The notes beneath the pieces were generated by a model. The model saw only the letters and a list, made by a program, of their open reading frames with translations. It made no database searches and was not told the DNA's origin. A stretch of DNA of 64,000 nt from assembly GCA_018654845.1 (NCBI GenBank), contig JABIKU010000002.1, positions 81,602 through 145,601 of the forward strand. The letters run 5' to 3'. The translations under genes and the position numbers were made by a program. The DNA comes from Methanobacteriota archaeon. GTDB taxonomy: Archaea; Thermoplasmatota; Poseidoniia; Poseidoniales; Thalassarchaeaceae. Shown here one piece after another: positions 19,152 through 28,569 of the stretch; position 1 is the first letter of the stretch, and every line of letters begins with the position of its first letter.

Positions 19152-19170
19152 GGCGGGACATAGTCCCGCC
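19152..19170 (-). terminator. perfect 8-bp GC-rich stem-loop downstream of dnaG
   Basis: GGCGGGAC-ATA-GTCCCGCC, 20 nt after the dnaG stop codon. No clear oligo-T tract follows, so terminator function is uncertain. Confidence 0.3.
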
Positions 19171-19190
19171 GAAACAATTGGGTTTTCATA

Positions 19191-20357
19191 TCAGAAATCT
19201 GTTACTGAATAAGCTTGAACACCAGATTTTCTAGTGATTTTTCCCACTGAGGAGCCGATTACATTTTCGATACCCGCTCCAGAGGCAAGTGTGAAGATTC
19301 GATCAGTAACCTTTCCTGCGAAAACTAATCCGACAGCACCCTCGGATTCAGATAAACTACTCTCGAGTGCACTCGCACCAATTGGTTCAGACCCTGAGCC
19401 ATCTTCTGAAACGATTATCGCTTGATTGCGTTTTAATCCTTCAAGCATGGTTGCCCATTCTTTGACACCTTCGGGAGCTTCAAGTAATTCTTCACCACGC
19501 CCTACTGCCGCATCATCTTCCTTAGCTAATTCTGATTGAATTCGAGAAGTTACTTTTCCTGCAGTTTCTTTTTGATTCAAACACTTAGTGATGACTTTAC
19601 CTTCAAGGTGTTCGACCTCACGACTGACGGGGGCAAATGTAACATGCGTTAGTGATTTGCCAAGTTTTCCACTCAGTTCCATCAGTAAAAGTCGTCCGCC
19701 ACGATCACCATCAAGGAATGCAGTTACTACTGATTTCTTTGATGCAATATCAATGAGTTCAGGATTAATTCCTGAACCCATGGTAGCGATTGCATTTTTT
19801 ATTCCAAACTTCAATAGTTGGCGAACATCGTTTCGTCCTTCGACGATAATTATCGCGTCACTATCCTTGACGCTTGGGCCTGCGGTCATTCCTGAGATAT
19901 CTTTCTCTGAATCCAGTGTTAGGACGGCTCGAACCTCATCTAAGATATTCCTCGACTCATCTTGTCCAGAGTTTACCATTTCGAGCAACAATGTTTTTGC
20001 TCTATCGATGACGTTTACGCGCTTAGCAGATACTATGTTTTCGATTGATTTAATTTTGATTACGGCTTTGCATGGACCGATTCGATCAATCGTTTCAAGT
20101 GCTGCACCGATTACTGCGGTACTGACTTGATCGATCGAAGACGATAGTTGAATCTCTCCCTGAACCTTTCCTTTATTCTGATTCAGCGAGACATCTACGT
20201 GCCCGATACGTCCTGTTCGTTGCAATTTTCGTAATTGCAATTGATCGCCAAGCAAACCTTCGGTTTGACCGAATATTGCTCCGACGACATCCTTTCGTGC
20301 GACGGTTCCGTCGCAACGAATAGTTGCGTGAATTATGTATTTTCCTTCTTTTGACAT
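19191..20357 (-). CDS. dnaG: archaeal DnaG-type primase (Toprim domain)
   Basis: N-terminus KYIIHATIRCDGTVARKDVVGAIFGQTEGLLGDQLQLRKLQRTGRIGHVDV is the conserved archaeal DnaG signature. Toprim motifs IIVEGRNDV and LDGDRGG. AAGGAG lies 9 nt upstream of the ATG. Confidence 0.9.
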   Translation of the reverse strand: MSKEGKYIIHATIRCDGTVARKDVVGAIFGQTEGLLGDQLQLRKLQRTGRIGHVDVSLNQNKGKVQGEIQLSSSIDQVSTAVIGAALETIDRIGPCKAVIKIKSIENIVSAKRVNVIDRAKTLLLEMVNSGQDESRNILDEVRAVLTLDSEKDISGMTAGPSVKDSDAIIIVEGRNDVRQLLKFGIKNAIATMGSGINPELIDIASKKSVVTAFLDGDRGGRLLLMELSGKLGKSLTHVTFAPVSREVEHLEGKVITKCLNQKETAGKVTSRIQSELAKEDDAAVGRGEELLEAPEGVKEWATMLEGLKRNQAIIVSEDGSGSEPIGASALESSLSESEGAVGLVFAGKVTDRIFTLASGAGIENVIGSSVGKITRKSGVQAYSVTDF

Positions 20358-20380
20358 TATTATTTTCTCCTTCGGTTCTC

Positions 20381-20398
20381 GGCCCCACTTTCGGGGCC
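20381..20398. other. GC-rich stem-loop, one of several hairpins in the dnaG upstream region
   Basis: GGCCCC-ACTTTC-GGGGCC, 24 nt upstream of the dnaG ATG. Further hairpins at 20412-20424, 20437-20451 and a ~53-nt imperfect palindrome at 20469-20521. Confidence 0.3.
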
Positions 20399-20586
20399 TC
20401 GTACCCTTTTTCGCCTAATCGGCGCTGGGTTAGAATGGGCGCGAAACGCCCTCGAGTGTGGCAGATTACCATGATGAACGGGGATATGTCCCCTTCATGA
20501 AGGCTCCTATTTCATCATAGGTTCTAGAAATGATTGGCCAATACTCAGGGGATAGGCATTAAGATAGGGGGCTGAGAAGGCTGAAT

Positions 20587-21054
20587 ATGGTCGAGGCGTC
20601 CTCTGATCGATTGGCTATTTTTCGGGGTGTGGCAAGCCTAGCTCTACACGATGGAAATCTTTCAGGTGGTGAAAAGCGATTGTTGACAAAATTGGCTCAT
20701 TCTCTACGATTGAAGAAAGAAGAACCGGGTTTGGCATACGAATCGATCATCAATGATGGTGAATTGCCTAAAGGAGAAAAAATCAACCAGAATGAGAAGC
20801 GTTTGATCTATGAACAAATTCTCGAATCATTTCTAATTCATACCGACAGATCTGATGAGGCAATTCAAATGATTGCCTATCTTCGATTGGTTTTCGAAAT
20901 AGAAGAATCTGAACATCGGGCGATTATTCGAAGCCTCGACCGGCAATTGGAAGAAATCGTACATCGTACGGTTCTCGAAACTGTTCGTTATGAAATGAAA
21001 GATTCAATGGAACGGTTTTCGGAAATCGTCGATCAAATTCGTCTTCAAAAATGA
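20587..21054 (+). CDS. hypothetical protein, possible TerB-like helical domain
   Basis: IFRGVASLALHDGNLSGGEKRLLTKLAHSLRL resembles the TerB-type xADGxxxxxE helix pair. The assignment is weak. Confidence 0.4.
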   Translation: MVEASSDRLAIFRGVASLALHDGNLSGGEKRLLTKLAHSLRLKKEEPGLAYESIINDGELPKGEKINQNEKRLIYEQILESFLIHTDRSDEAIQMIAYLRLVFEIEESEHRAIIRSLDRQLEEIVHRTVLETVRYEMKDSMERFSEIVDQIRLQK

Positions 21055-21064
21055 GGATTATTGA

Positions 21065-21712
21065 ATGTCTGCTGAAAATCTAGATGATTTTCTAGCAAGC
21101 CAACCCTCCAGTGTTCACCGCTCAGCAAGAAAGCTTGCAAGAACTGCTCGCCAAGCATACCCCATTGGTGTTCCTGCATTAATTATGAAATCCAATACAG
21201 ACCGATTGACCACTTCTTCTGGTTATTCTTTCATCCTAGGAACGCCCGATGATTTGCTTAGGCGCTTAGCTTCATGGTTACTGACAAATGCAGTTGAATC
21301 ACAGGCGATTTTACTAATATTAATTAAAAAATTATGGAAGAGGCACGGACGAGAAGATATCGCTCTAGCTAGTATATTGCTAGCAAATATCGATCATTCG
21401 GTCCTTTCGATTGAACCCTGGGTAACCTTCGAAAATATAATTCATAAAAAAGAGCCGCTAGATGGTTTATTGCTCTGTATTGAAGAATTACTTCGTGCTG
21501 AACACCAACTTCCAAGCACCGACTTATACCTCGATTGGCTAGAATCTGATTCGATTAATAATTACCTAGCCATATTGATTTGTCATGCTGGAATGGTTCG
21601 TGGTGTTTTACCTGAAAAAGAGGTCATTAAACAAATTGAATTAGTTGAAATCCCAGGTGGTGATTCGATTTTAAGTCGAATAAAATCAAGATTGATAGAA
21701 AAAATAGCGTAG
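21065..21712 (+). CDS. hypothetical all-helical protein (possibly HEAT/DNA-alkylation-repair-like)
   Basis: 215-aa ORF, 10 nt after the previous gene, helical and leucine-rich. Family assignment is tentative only. Confidence 0.4.
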   Translation: MSAENLDDFLASQPSSVHRSARKLARTARQAYPIGVPALIMKSNTDRLTTSSGYSFILGTPDDLLRRLASWLLTNAVESQAILLILIKKLWKRHGREDIALASILLANIDHSVLSIEPWVTFENIIHKKEPLDGLLLCIEELLRAEHQLPSTDLYLDWLESDSINNYLAILICHAGMVRGVLPEKEVIKQIELVEIPGGDSILSRIKSRLIEKIA

Positions 21713-21743
21713 CACTCATGGATGATGAGGCCAGCGGCACAAT

Positions 21744-21953
21744 ATGGTCGAGCGACTCTTGCCGTCGGATGATCCGATTGCCGAAGAGGTGCTCGAGTGG
21801 ACCATCAAGCGAGATACCCAAGATATTACTCAATTGATGCGATGGATGGAGGGGGCTGAAATTCGCCGAGATCGGCAAGTATTGCTAAATCGAGCATTGG
21901 ACTTGATGGATGAAATTCAACATGCCCTCAATCGGCTTGGCGAACTGAGGTAA
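21744..21953 (+). CDS. small hypothetical protein
   Basis: 69-aa ORF ending 4 nt before the mobA-like gene. No recognisable motif. Confidence 0.3.
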   Translation: MVERLLPSDDPIAEEVLEWTIKRDTQDITQLMRWMEGAEIRRDRQVLLNRALDLMDEIQHALNRLGELR

Positions 21954-21957
21954 TCAA

Positions 21958-22524
21958 ATGCGTTCCCTACTTCTCGCCGGCGGCCGATCATCTCGCATGG
22001 GCAAGGACAAGGCCCTAATCAAAATCGATGGCATTGCGATGATTCAAAGGGTTGCGCAAGCCTTGGCCGAAGCTGGAAGAGAGCCGATTCGAATCGCTGT
22101 ATCAACGCCCGAGAAAATTGAAGAATATTCAAAAGAAATCGACTCATCATTAGAAGTTGAATGGGTTTTGGATGGTGAGCAATACGCTGGGCCTGTTGAT
22201 GCAATACTCGAATCATTAAACGATCCACTGTGCGCAAATATCGACTCCATCCAACTCGCAACCGTCGATGTCCCATGGATTGACCATGAGGTGTTTTGGG
22301 GTTTAGAAAAATCTCTCTCAGAAAATGATGTTTTGGCAATGCCAGCTGACCCAGAACGAGCACATCCACTACTTTCTTTAATTCGACCAACTGAGCTTTT
22401 GAAATTGCTTGAAGATTGGAAAGGAACGCCACTTCACCAGACGTTTGCAAATTACCCTCATACATTATTGATGATAGATTCCGCGACTTTACGAAATGTC
22501 AACCAACCAAGTGATCTCGATTAA
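21958..22524 (+). CDS. mobA: MobA-like nucleotidyltransferase (molybdenum cofactor guanylyltransferase family)
   Basis: LLLAGGRSSRMGKDKALIKIDGIAMIQRV is the NTP_transf_3/MobA N-terminal signature. 188 aa. Confidence 0.78.
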   Translation: MRSLLLAGGRSSRMGKDKALIKIDGIAMIQRVAQALAEAGREPIRIAVSTPEKIEEYSKEIDSSLEVEWVLDGEQYAGPVDAILESLNDPLCANIDSIQLATVDVPWIDHEVFWGLEKSLSENDVLAMPADPERAHPLLSLIRPTELLKLLEDWKGTPLHQTFANYPHTLLMIDSATLRNVNQPSDLD

Positions 22525-23156
22525 AATTGAATTTTTCCCGAACACAAATCATCGATAATTTGAGGATATAATTTGTGTTCGATAATTTTGATTCTATTTT
22601 GCAAATCACTAAGCGTATCAGTAGGAAGCACCTCTACCATCTCCGAAGCCAAAATTTGTCCTGAGTCGACGCCTTCATCGACAAGATGTACTGTACAACC
22701 ACTCACGGTAGCACCATCTGCAAGAGCATCTCTATGAGCGTGGGCCCCTGGATATTTTGGAAGTAGTGACGGGTGAATATTAACCAATCTGCCCTTCCAT
22801 TTTTTCACAAAATTTGGAGTTAATATTCTCATATAGCCGCTTAATACAATTAATTCTACATCGTATTCTACTAATTTTACTTCAATTTCCTCTTCATGAG
22901 ATAAGCGCCTGAGAGATTTGTCTGAAATATTGGGCAACCGGATCCCAACAAAAGTCACATCATTCTCTTCACAAAAAACTTGGCCGCCAGCATTTGGATC
23001 TTCAGAGATTACCAATACCGTGTTGTGAAGTCGGGGAGTTTCGGCCTGAAATTTGAGAAGGGCTGCCAATCCTGAACCCCCGCCAGAAATGAATACGGCG
23101 ATGCGCAATGGCTCATTTCCTGACCCAACTCTTGGAAGAGTGTACGGCAGAGGCAT
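22521..23156 (-). CDS. purN: phosphoribosylglycinamide formyltransferase
   Basis: RIAVFISGGGSGL, LSGYMRILTP, VNIHPSLLPKYPGAHAHRDAL, and GCTVHLVDEGVDSGQIL. Confidence 0.95.
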   Translation of the reverse strand: MPLPYTLPRVGSGNEPLRIAVFISGGGSGLAALLKFQAETPRLHNTVLVISEDPNAGGQVFCEENDVTFVGIRLPNISDKSLRRLSHEEEIEVKLVEYDVELIVLSGYMRILTPNFVKKWKGRLVNIHPSLLPKYPGAHAHRDALADGATVSGCTVHLVDEGVDSGQILASEMVEVLPTDTLSDLQNRIKIIEHKLYPQIIDDLCSGKIQF

Positions 23157-23167
23157 GTCCGTGCGTG

Positions 23168-23695
23168 ATGGATGAAGGGTTTGAGAATTGGGGGGGAGAA
23201 GTGGTCCGGCTTTCCACTCAATTTATGTTTGAAAGGCCACGCAACCGATTTGTGAAGACCTTGCGAACCATCGACGAAATAGTCGAGAAATATGCACGTC
23301 AAACCACACCATTACGTAGAAAATTGTACGTTGGAATTGGGATAATATTCGTTATTTGTGCCATCATTGGCATTTGGATTCCGGGGTGGCCGACAGTTTC
23401 TTGGATGGTTCCTGCAGCATATCTATTCAGTATTTCAGATGAGAAATTATTTCGTTGGTCACTGACAAACAAAATGTTCGGAGCAAAATTATCTGAATAT
23501 TATGCGAATGGTAAATCACTTCCAAAACATGCAAAACAAGGGATTATCGCACTTATCACATTAATGTCGGCATTATCGATCTACATCACTGATGTCAGCG
23601 GAGATCCAGGTTATGGGCAGGTAACAATTGCAGTCATATGGGCCATGGGAATTTGGTGGATTGCGAGAAAGGTTCCTACTCGTGACGAAGATTGA
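23168..23695 (+). CDS. DUF454/YbaN-like inner membrane protein
   Basis: GIGIIFVICAIIGIWIPGWPTVSWMVPAAYLFSISDEKLFRW resembles the YbaN family core. Start moved to ATG 23168 to avoid overlapping purN. Confidence 0.5.
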   Translation: MDEGFENWGGEVVRLSTQFMFERPRNRFVKTLRTIDEIVEKYARQTTPLRRKLYVGIGIIFVICAIIGIWIPGWPTVSWMVPAAYLFSISDEKLFRWSLTNKMFGAKLSEYYANGKSLPKHAKQGIIALITLMSALSIYITDVSGDPGYGQVTIAVIWAMGIWWIARKVPTRDED

Positions 23696-23762
23696 TGTTG
23701 TCTCTTACGAGTCTGACCATACTAAATACGACCGGTCGGCGCAGCGCGAATAAGGTGCCACG

Positions 23763-25256
23763 ATGGTTTCATTCTATGACTTAGGAATTGGTTCGTCTTT
23801 AGTGCGCGCTCTAAATCGCGAAGGTATTATCGAACCCTTTGAAGTTCAGTGCGAAACCATTCCTGATGCTTTGCTTGGAAGAGATGTTTGCTGTCGAGCA
23901 CCTACAGGATCTGGAAAAACACTGGCTTTCGGATTACCGATGCTAGCACGAACTCCACAAGCTGAATCAAAACGACCCACTGCGCTGATATTAACCCCTA
24001 CCCGAGAATTAGCAGAACAAATTCGTAAAGTATTGAATCCACTTGCTCAATCAATTGAACTTGAAACCCTCTCAGTCTATGGAGGAACATCATATGGTAA
24101 ACAATTCCGTGCTCTCGAAAATGGCGTAGACATTCTCGTCGCTTGCCCTGGGCGATTACTCGACTTGCTCGATAGAAACGCCCTAAGCCTCAACGATGTT
24201 GGAATCGTTGTTATCGATGAAGCTGATAGAATGGCAGACATGGGCTTCATGAAGCCTGTTAGTAAGATTCTCGATGCTTGCGGAAAAAATCGCCAAACCG
24301 TATTATTCAGCGCAACTCTTGATGACGAAGTTGCTGTATTAATCAAAAAATATCTCAACGAACCGGTTCATATTGGGGTTGGTGCAAAAGAAATTAGTAT
24401 CGACAGTATGCGACATGTTTTTTGGAAGACTGACAGTGGTGGAAAAACCACCCTCTCGGCTGAGATTGTCAAGCGTTATGGTCGAACTATACTCTTCTGT
24501 AGAACTCGTCGTGGTGTCGAGCGTGTCGGAAAGCAAATGAAAGCTGAACGACTCGATTGTTCGACGCTTCACGGAGGATTAAACCAACGGCAAAGAGATG
24601 CGGCGATGGCTCGTTTCAAGAAAGGACAATCTTCAGTTCTAATCGCAACAGATGTTGCCGCCAGAGGTATAGATATCGAGGGGATAACATGTGTTATCCA
24701 TTTCGACCCGCCTGAAAATGGCAAGGCATACAAACACCGAAGTGGAAGAACCGCTAGAGCAGGAAAGCGGGGTGTAGTTATCTCATTAGTACAAAAATCC
24801 CAACAAAGAGCGGTAAATCGTATACAGAAAGAAGTCGGAATAAAACGACGCTATACCGAACCGAATATCGATATTTTGGAAGAGCAAGAAAGTGATCGCA
24901 AAGATGAACCCGATATCGAAAATTCATCTCAAGAAAAGAGCGGACCACGCGCCCATAGTTTTGAATGGAAGAACCAGAGGAAAGGAAAAAACGCTAATAA
25001 AAAACGCCCTGATAATAAAGGCGGCAGAAATTCACGAAAGCGAAATGGAAAGCGGCCTGAGAAAGAAAAGCCTTGGGAAAAGAATAAGCGATATAACTCG
25101 AATAAAAAAGCCAGTGTTAAAGATTCTGAAAAAAGTGGAAAAAAGAAGAAAAAGCACTTTGGAAATAGGCCACAAAAAGAGGATAAGCCTAAGCACCAGA
25201 GAAGAAATAGAAAGGGAAGGCGCGCTCATGCCGGAAATAAACCACAGCGTCAATGA
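23763..25256 (+). CDS. DEAD-box ATP-dependent RNA helicase with a long Lys/Arg-rich C-terminal tail
   Basis: Q motif FEVQ, APTGSGKTLAF, PTRELA, VIDEADRM (DEAD), SAT, and HRSGRTARAG. The last ~125 aa are K/R/N-rich low complexity. Confidence 0.95.
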   Translation: MVSFYDLGIGSSLVRALNREGIIEPFEVQCETIPDALLGRDVCCRAPTGSGKTLAFGLPMLARTPQAESKRPTALILTPTRELAEQIRKVLNPLAQSIELETLSVYGGTSYGKQFRALENGVDILVACPGRLLDLLDRNALSLNDVGIVVIDEADRMADMGFMKPVSKILDACGKNRQTVLFSATLDDEVAVLIKKYLNEPVHIGVGAKEISIDSMRHVFWKTDSGGKTTLSAEIVKRYGRTILFCRTRRGVERVGKQMKAERLDCSTLHGGLNQRQRDAAMARFKKGQSSVLIATDVAARGIDIEGITCVIHFDPPENGKAYKHRSGRTARAGKRGVVISLVQKSQQRAVNRIQKEVGIKRRYTEPNIDILEEQESDRKDEPDIENSSQEKSGPRAHSFEWKNQRKGKNANKKRPDNKGGRNSRKRNGKRPEKEKPWEKNKRYNSNKKASVKDSEKSGKKKKKHFGNRPQKEDKPKHQRRNRKGRRAHAGNKPQRQ

Positions 25257-26893
25257 AGGAAAAGGCGCTGCCCAGTAAACAGCATCGACATCTTATGCTC
25301 GTCAGCAGCATCGATACATTCCTGATCTCTCATCGAACCGCCTGGTTGAACAACAGTAGTAACCCCGATTTCGTGTGCGGCATCAATGCCGTCGCGGAAT
25401 GGAAAAAATGCATCTGAAACCATCATTGAGCCAATTGCCCTCTTGCCTGCACGCCGAGCAGCGATCCTAACCGCTTCAACACGACTTGTTTGGCCAGGGC
25501 CAATACCTACTGTTGCAAAACCCGTTTCGGACTGAGCAACTAATACGATAGAGTTGGATTTGACCTCTGAGAGAACTGTTGAGCCAAAACTGGCTAAAGC
25601 AACAAGATTTGCGTCGGTTTTTAATTGAGTCACACATTTTACCGAATCCCAATCAATGCTTGGTGGCCCTTGAATTTGGGCCACCCAACCTCCATCAATT
25701 TGGCGTATTCTAACCTCGTCTTCTCGTGGTAAGAATTCTGGAATTGTTAACATCCTACGATTCTTTTTTGCCGAGAGAATTTTGAGCGCTTCATCATCAT
25801 AACCGGGAGCAATGATGCATTCGAGAAAATGGCTGCCAATTGCTTCAGCTGTGGCTTTTTCGACGATACTTGTGAACGCAATTACACATCCAAAAGCAGA
25901 TTCAGGATCACTCGCTAAAGCATTAGTCCAAGCTCCGACTTGGGTTGAATCGACTGCAGCACCGCATGGATTGGAGTGCTTGATTACTACGCAGGAATGG
26001 CTTCGTTCTTGATCTACATCGCGCAATAATCCACGAGCAATTCGTAAAGCTCCATCCAAGTCAAGATAATTATTGAAAGATAATTCCTTACCACCGTGTT
26101 GAATGGCAGAAGCTAGACCTTTGGGGCCACTTGAAGACGATGCGGGATAAAATGCGGCGGGTTGATGTGGATTTTCACCATATCGTAATTCGGTCCCGAG
26201 TTCACTCGCAACATGTATCCGGTTTGGAACTTCACCACCAATAAATCTCGATTCTAACTCATTGCTTACCGCCGCGTCATATGCGGCGGTGCATTGGTAG
26301 GCTGCAAGAGCGAGGGCTCGGCGTGAGTCGATATCTATAGCGGATGGTTTTCCATCTGCAGAAGAAAGGGTTTTCATGATCTTGTCGTATTGTTTAGAAT
26401 TAGTCAATACCAAACAGTCTTTGTGGTTTTTTGCTGCACTTCGTATCATCGTAGGACCACCGATATCTATCATTTCGATTAATTCGGCAAGTTTGGCGGG
26501 AGGATCTTTTGCAGCAACATCTTCGAAAGGATAGAGATTAACGCACACCAAATCAATGGTTCCGTAGCCTAATTGTGCTAGCGTTTCCATATCGTCAGCT
26601 CGCTCGCGACGCACCAAAATTCCTCCATGAATCGCCGGATGGAGGGTTTTAACCCGGCCATCAAAACATTCTGGGTGGCCGGTTGCATCGCTTACATCGA
26701 TGACTTCGATGCCTGATTCACGTAATTTTCGACTCGTTCCACCGGTGGAAAGAATCTCCCATCCCATGTTTGATAGTGATTTGGCGAGTTCGACAATTCC
26801 ATCTTTGTGGAAGACGCTAAGCAGGGCGCGGGGTGCTGCCATATCACGACGAAGCGGCATGCGGTTTGAAGAGTTCGTTATCGGCAGTTTCAA
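25250..26893 (-). CDS. purH: bifunctional AICAR transformylase / IMP cyclohydrolase
   Basis: RALLSVFHKDGIVELAK, STGGTSRKL, KTLHPAIHGGIL, and a C-terminal AICARFT domain ending FTGQRLFLH. The TTG start overlaps the thermosome stop (TTGA); ATG alternatives at 26860 and 26842. Confidence 0.94.
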   Translation of the reverse strand: MKLPITNSSNRMPLRRDMAAPRALLSVFHKDGIVELAKSLSNMGWEILSTGGTSRKLRESGIEVIDVSDATGHPECFDGRVKTLHPAIHGGILVRRERADDMETLAQLGYGTIDLVCVNLYPFEDVAAKDPPAKLAELIEMIDIGGPTMIRSAAKNHKDCLVLTNSKQYDKIMKTLSSADGKPSAIDIDSRRALALAAYQCTAAYDAAVSNELESRFIGGEVPNRIHVASELGTELRYGENPHQPAAFYPASSSSGPKGLASAIQHGGKELSFNNYLDLDGALRIARGLLRDVDQERSHSCVVIKHSNPCGAAVDSTQVGAWTNALASDPESAFGCVIAFTSIVEKATAEAIGSHFLECIIAPGYDDEALKILSAKKNRRMLTIPEFLPREDEVRIRQIDGGWVAQIQGPPSIDWDSVKCVTQLKTDANLVALASFGSTVLSEVKSNSIVLVAQSETGFATVGIGPGQTSRVEAVRIAARRAGKRAIGSMMVSDAFFPFRDGIDAAHEIGVTTVVQPGGSMRDQECIDAADEHKMSMLFTGQRLFLH

Positions 26894-28464
26894 TCGCCAC
26901 GAGCAGAAATAACTTGATCTATTCTCAACATACTAATCGCCGTCTCGGTTGCAGATTGCAAAGATTCCTCTATTACTGAAAAAGGATGCCAAACACCGAT
27001 TACTTCACCTACATCACCATCGATTGTAATTCCCTGAAACGCCGAATTACTATTTGTCGCCGATCTGAGTTCAAGAATACGATCAAGCGGCTCGCCGCCT
27101 GAGTTTTCGACTAGGGTGGCAGGAATTGTCTCAAGAGCGCGGGAAAAAGCATCCATTGCAAGGCGCCCTCGGCCAGGTTCACTTTCACTCGCATTACGTA
27201 TTGCCTGAGCAATTCGCGCATGAATTGCACCAGCTCCAGGCAAAACGGAGTTTTCTTCAATAGCTGCCGAAGTGGCTCGCAGCCCATCGTGTATCCCTCG
27301 AATTATTTCATCAGTACCTAAATCTCCCGAGCCACCCACCTCGATAGTTAGAACTCGTGGATTTGTGCAATTATCAATGCGAATAATGTCCTCAACCATG
27401 TCGCTGGCTTCGCGGCGTTCCCAAATCAAGGAACCACAAATACCCACATCTGATGGTTGAATATCCATCACCGAATCGAGTATATTTGCTCCAGTAGCAT
27501 CCGCTGAATTGTTGACTTCTGATGAATCCAGTTCACCGATTACAAGAATTTCTGAATCAGCCAATAGGTGAAGAATATCTCTATCGATTTCACCGCCACA
27601 AAGAATAATTTTTGCGCCACTAGCGATTAGCAGGTCTGCAATCTCTCTCTTTCTATCTCGCTCAGCATCAACAAAAGCATCGAGTTGAACTGCTGAGTTA
27701 ATCTGAATCTCAGCATCGCGGGACATTTTGCGAATTTTCAAATCGCCAGAAATTACAGCGACTTTTGCGTCAAATAATTTGTTTGGAAAATTTTCCATCA
27801 AAACTCGCCGACGAAAAGCAACACCCCTAATTAGACGAGAATCCCCCAGTCCTGCAGAATTAGATTTGAACATAGCAACATGTTCAGCACGAGGAATATT
27901 ACGGGATTTAGAAAGTATAGTTAAGGCCTCGGCAATCAATTCTGAAAATAGGTCGAGGGCCCCTTCGGCCGCCTTTCCCGTAAGAGAGGTTTGAGCAACT
28001 CCAAGTAAACGCTTGGAAGATGCTTTTTGCATATCATTTTCCATTTGATCACAAGCTATTTTGAAGGATTTTCGGTAACCTTCAACAAGAGTTAGGGGGT
28101 GTAGACCTTTTCGCAATAATGTGTTTGCCTCTTGAAGAAGTGAACCACAGAGCAACATTGTAGTCGTCACGCCATCACCACAATTTTCTTCTTGTGAATT
28201 CGCCATCGCTACCATCATTTTTGCAGCAGGATGTTTGACCAACAACTCCGCTACAATCTTCGCACCGTCGTTGGTGATTGCAGTATTTCCATCGGTTTTG
28301 TAAAGCATTTTATCTAAACCACGCGGACCAAATGTTGGCTTCAACAAGTCCGCGAAAACGCGAGCAGCGGTAATTAATTTCTCTTGCACATCCGTGCCGC
28401 TCGTAACTGAGGTTTGCTCTGGCACGATTACCACTTGAGGCCTGCCTGCATCCTCGCTCATCAA
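26890..28464 (-). CDS. ths: thermosome subunit (group II chaperonin)
   Basis: LKPTFGPRGLDKMLY, TNDGAKI, NCGDGVTTTMLLCGSLL and VLPGAGAIH. The length (524 aa) is typical of the Cpn60/TCP-1 family. Confidence 0.92.
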   Translation of the reverse strand: MMSEDAGRPQVVIVPEQTSVTSGTDVQEKLITAARVFADLLKPTFGPRGLDKMLYKTDGNTAITNDGAKIVAELLVKHPAAKMMVAMANSQEENCGDGVTTTMLLCGSLLQEANTLLRKGLHPLTLVEGYRKSFKIACDQMENDMQKASSKRLLGVAQTSLTGKAAEGALDLFSELIAEALTILSKSRNIPRAEHVAMFKSNSAGLGDSRLIRGVAFRRRVLMENFPNKLFDAKVAVISGDLKIRKMSRDAEIQINSAVQLDAFVDAERDRKREIADLLIASGAKIILCGGEIDRDILHLLADSEILVIGELDSSEVNNSADATGANILDSVMDIQPSDVGICGSLIWERREASDMVEDIIRIDNCTNPRVLTIEVGGSGDLGTDEIIRGIHDGLRATSAAIEENSVLPGAGAIHARIAQAIRNASESEPGRGRLAMDAFSRALETIPATLVENSGGEPLDRILELRSATNSNSAFQGITIDGDVGEVIGVWHPFSVIEESLQSATETAISMLRIDQVISARGD

Positions 28465-28569
28465 AGCGTTCGACCCAAAGGGCCGTCATGAATCCTTTGA
28501 GTCGTTAAATTAGCATTTATTCACACCCGATGGGCGAAATGCTATCCCGTAATCGCCGAGGCGAGAAGC

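Noticed and set aside
19588-20130. 180-aa plus-strand ORF inside dnaG.
   Set aside because: It is antisense to a gene with the clear archaeal DnaG/Toprim signature, and its translation is low-complexity Ser/Thr/Pro-rich.
20469-20521. ATGATGA boxes at both ends of the palindrome considered as a box C/D sRNA.
   Set aside because: No CUGA D or D' boxes occur in either orientation at the required positions. The ATGATGA/TCATCAT pair is better explained as the arms of an inverted repeat.
24892-25278. 128-aa plus-strand alternate-frame ORF and 73-aa minus ORF over the helicase tail.
   Set aside because: They arise from A/G-rich low-complexity DNA encoding the K/R-rich tail, and have no independent start context or motifs.
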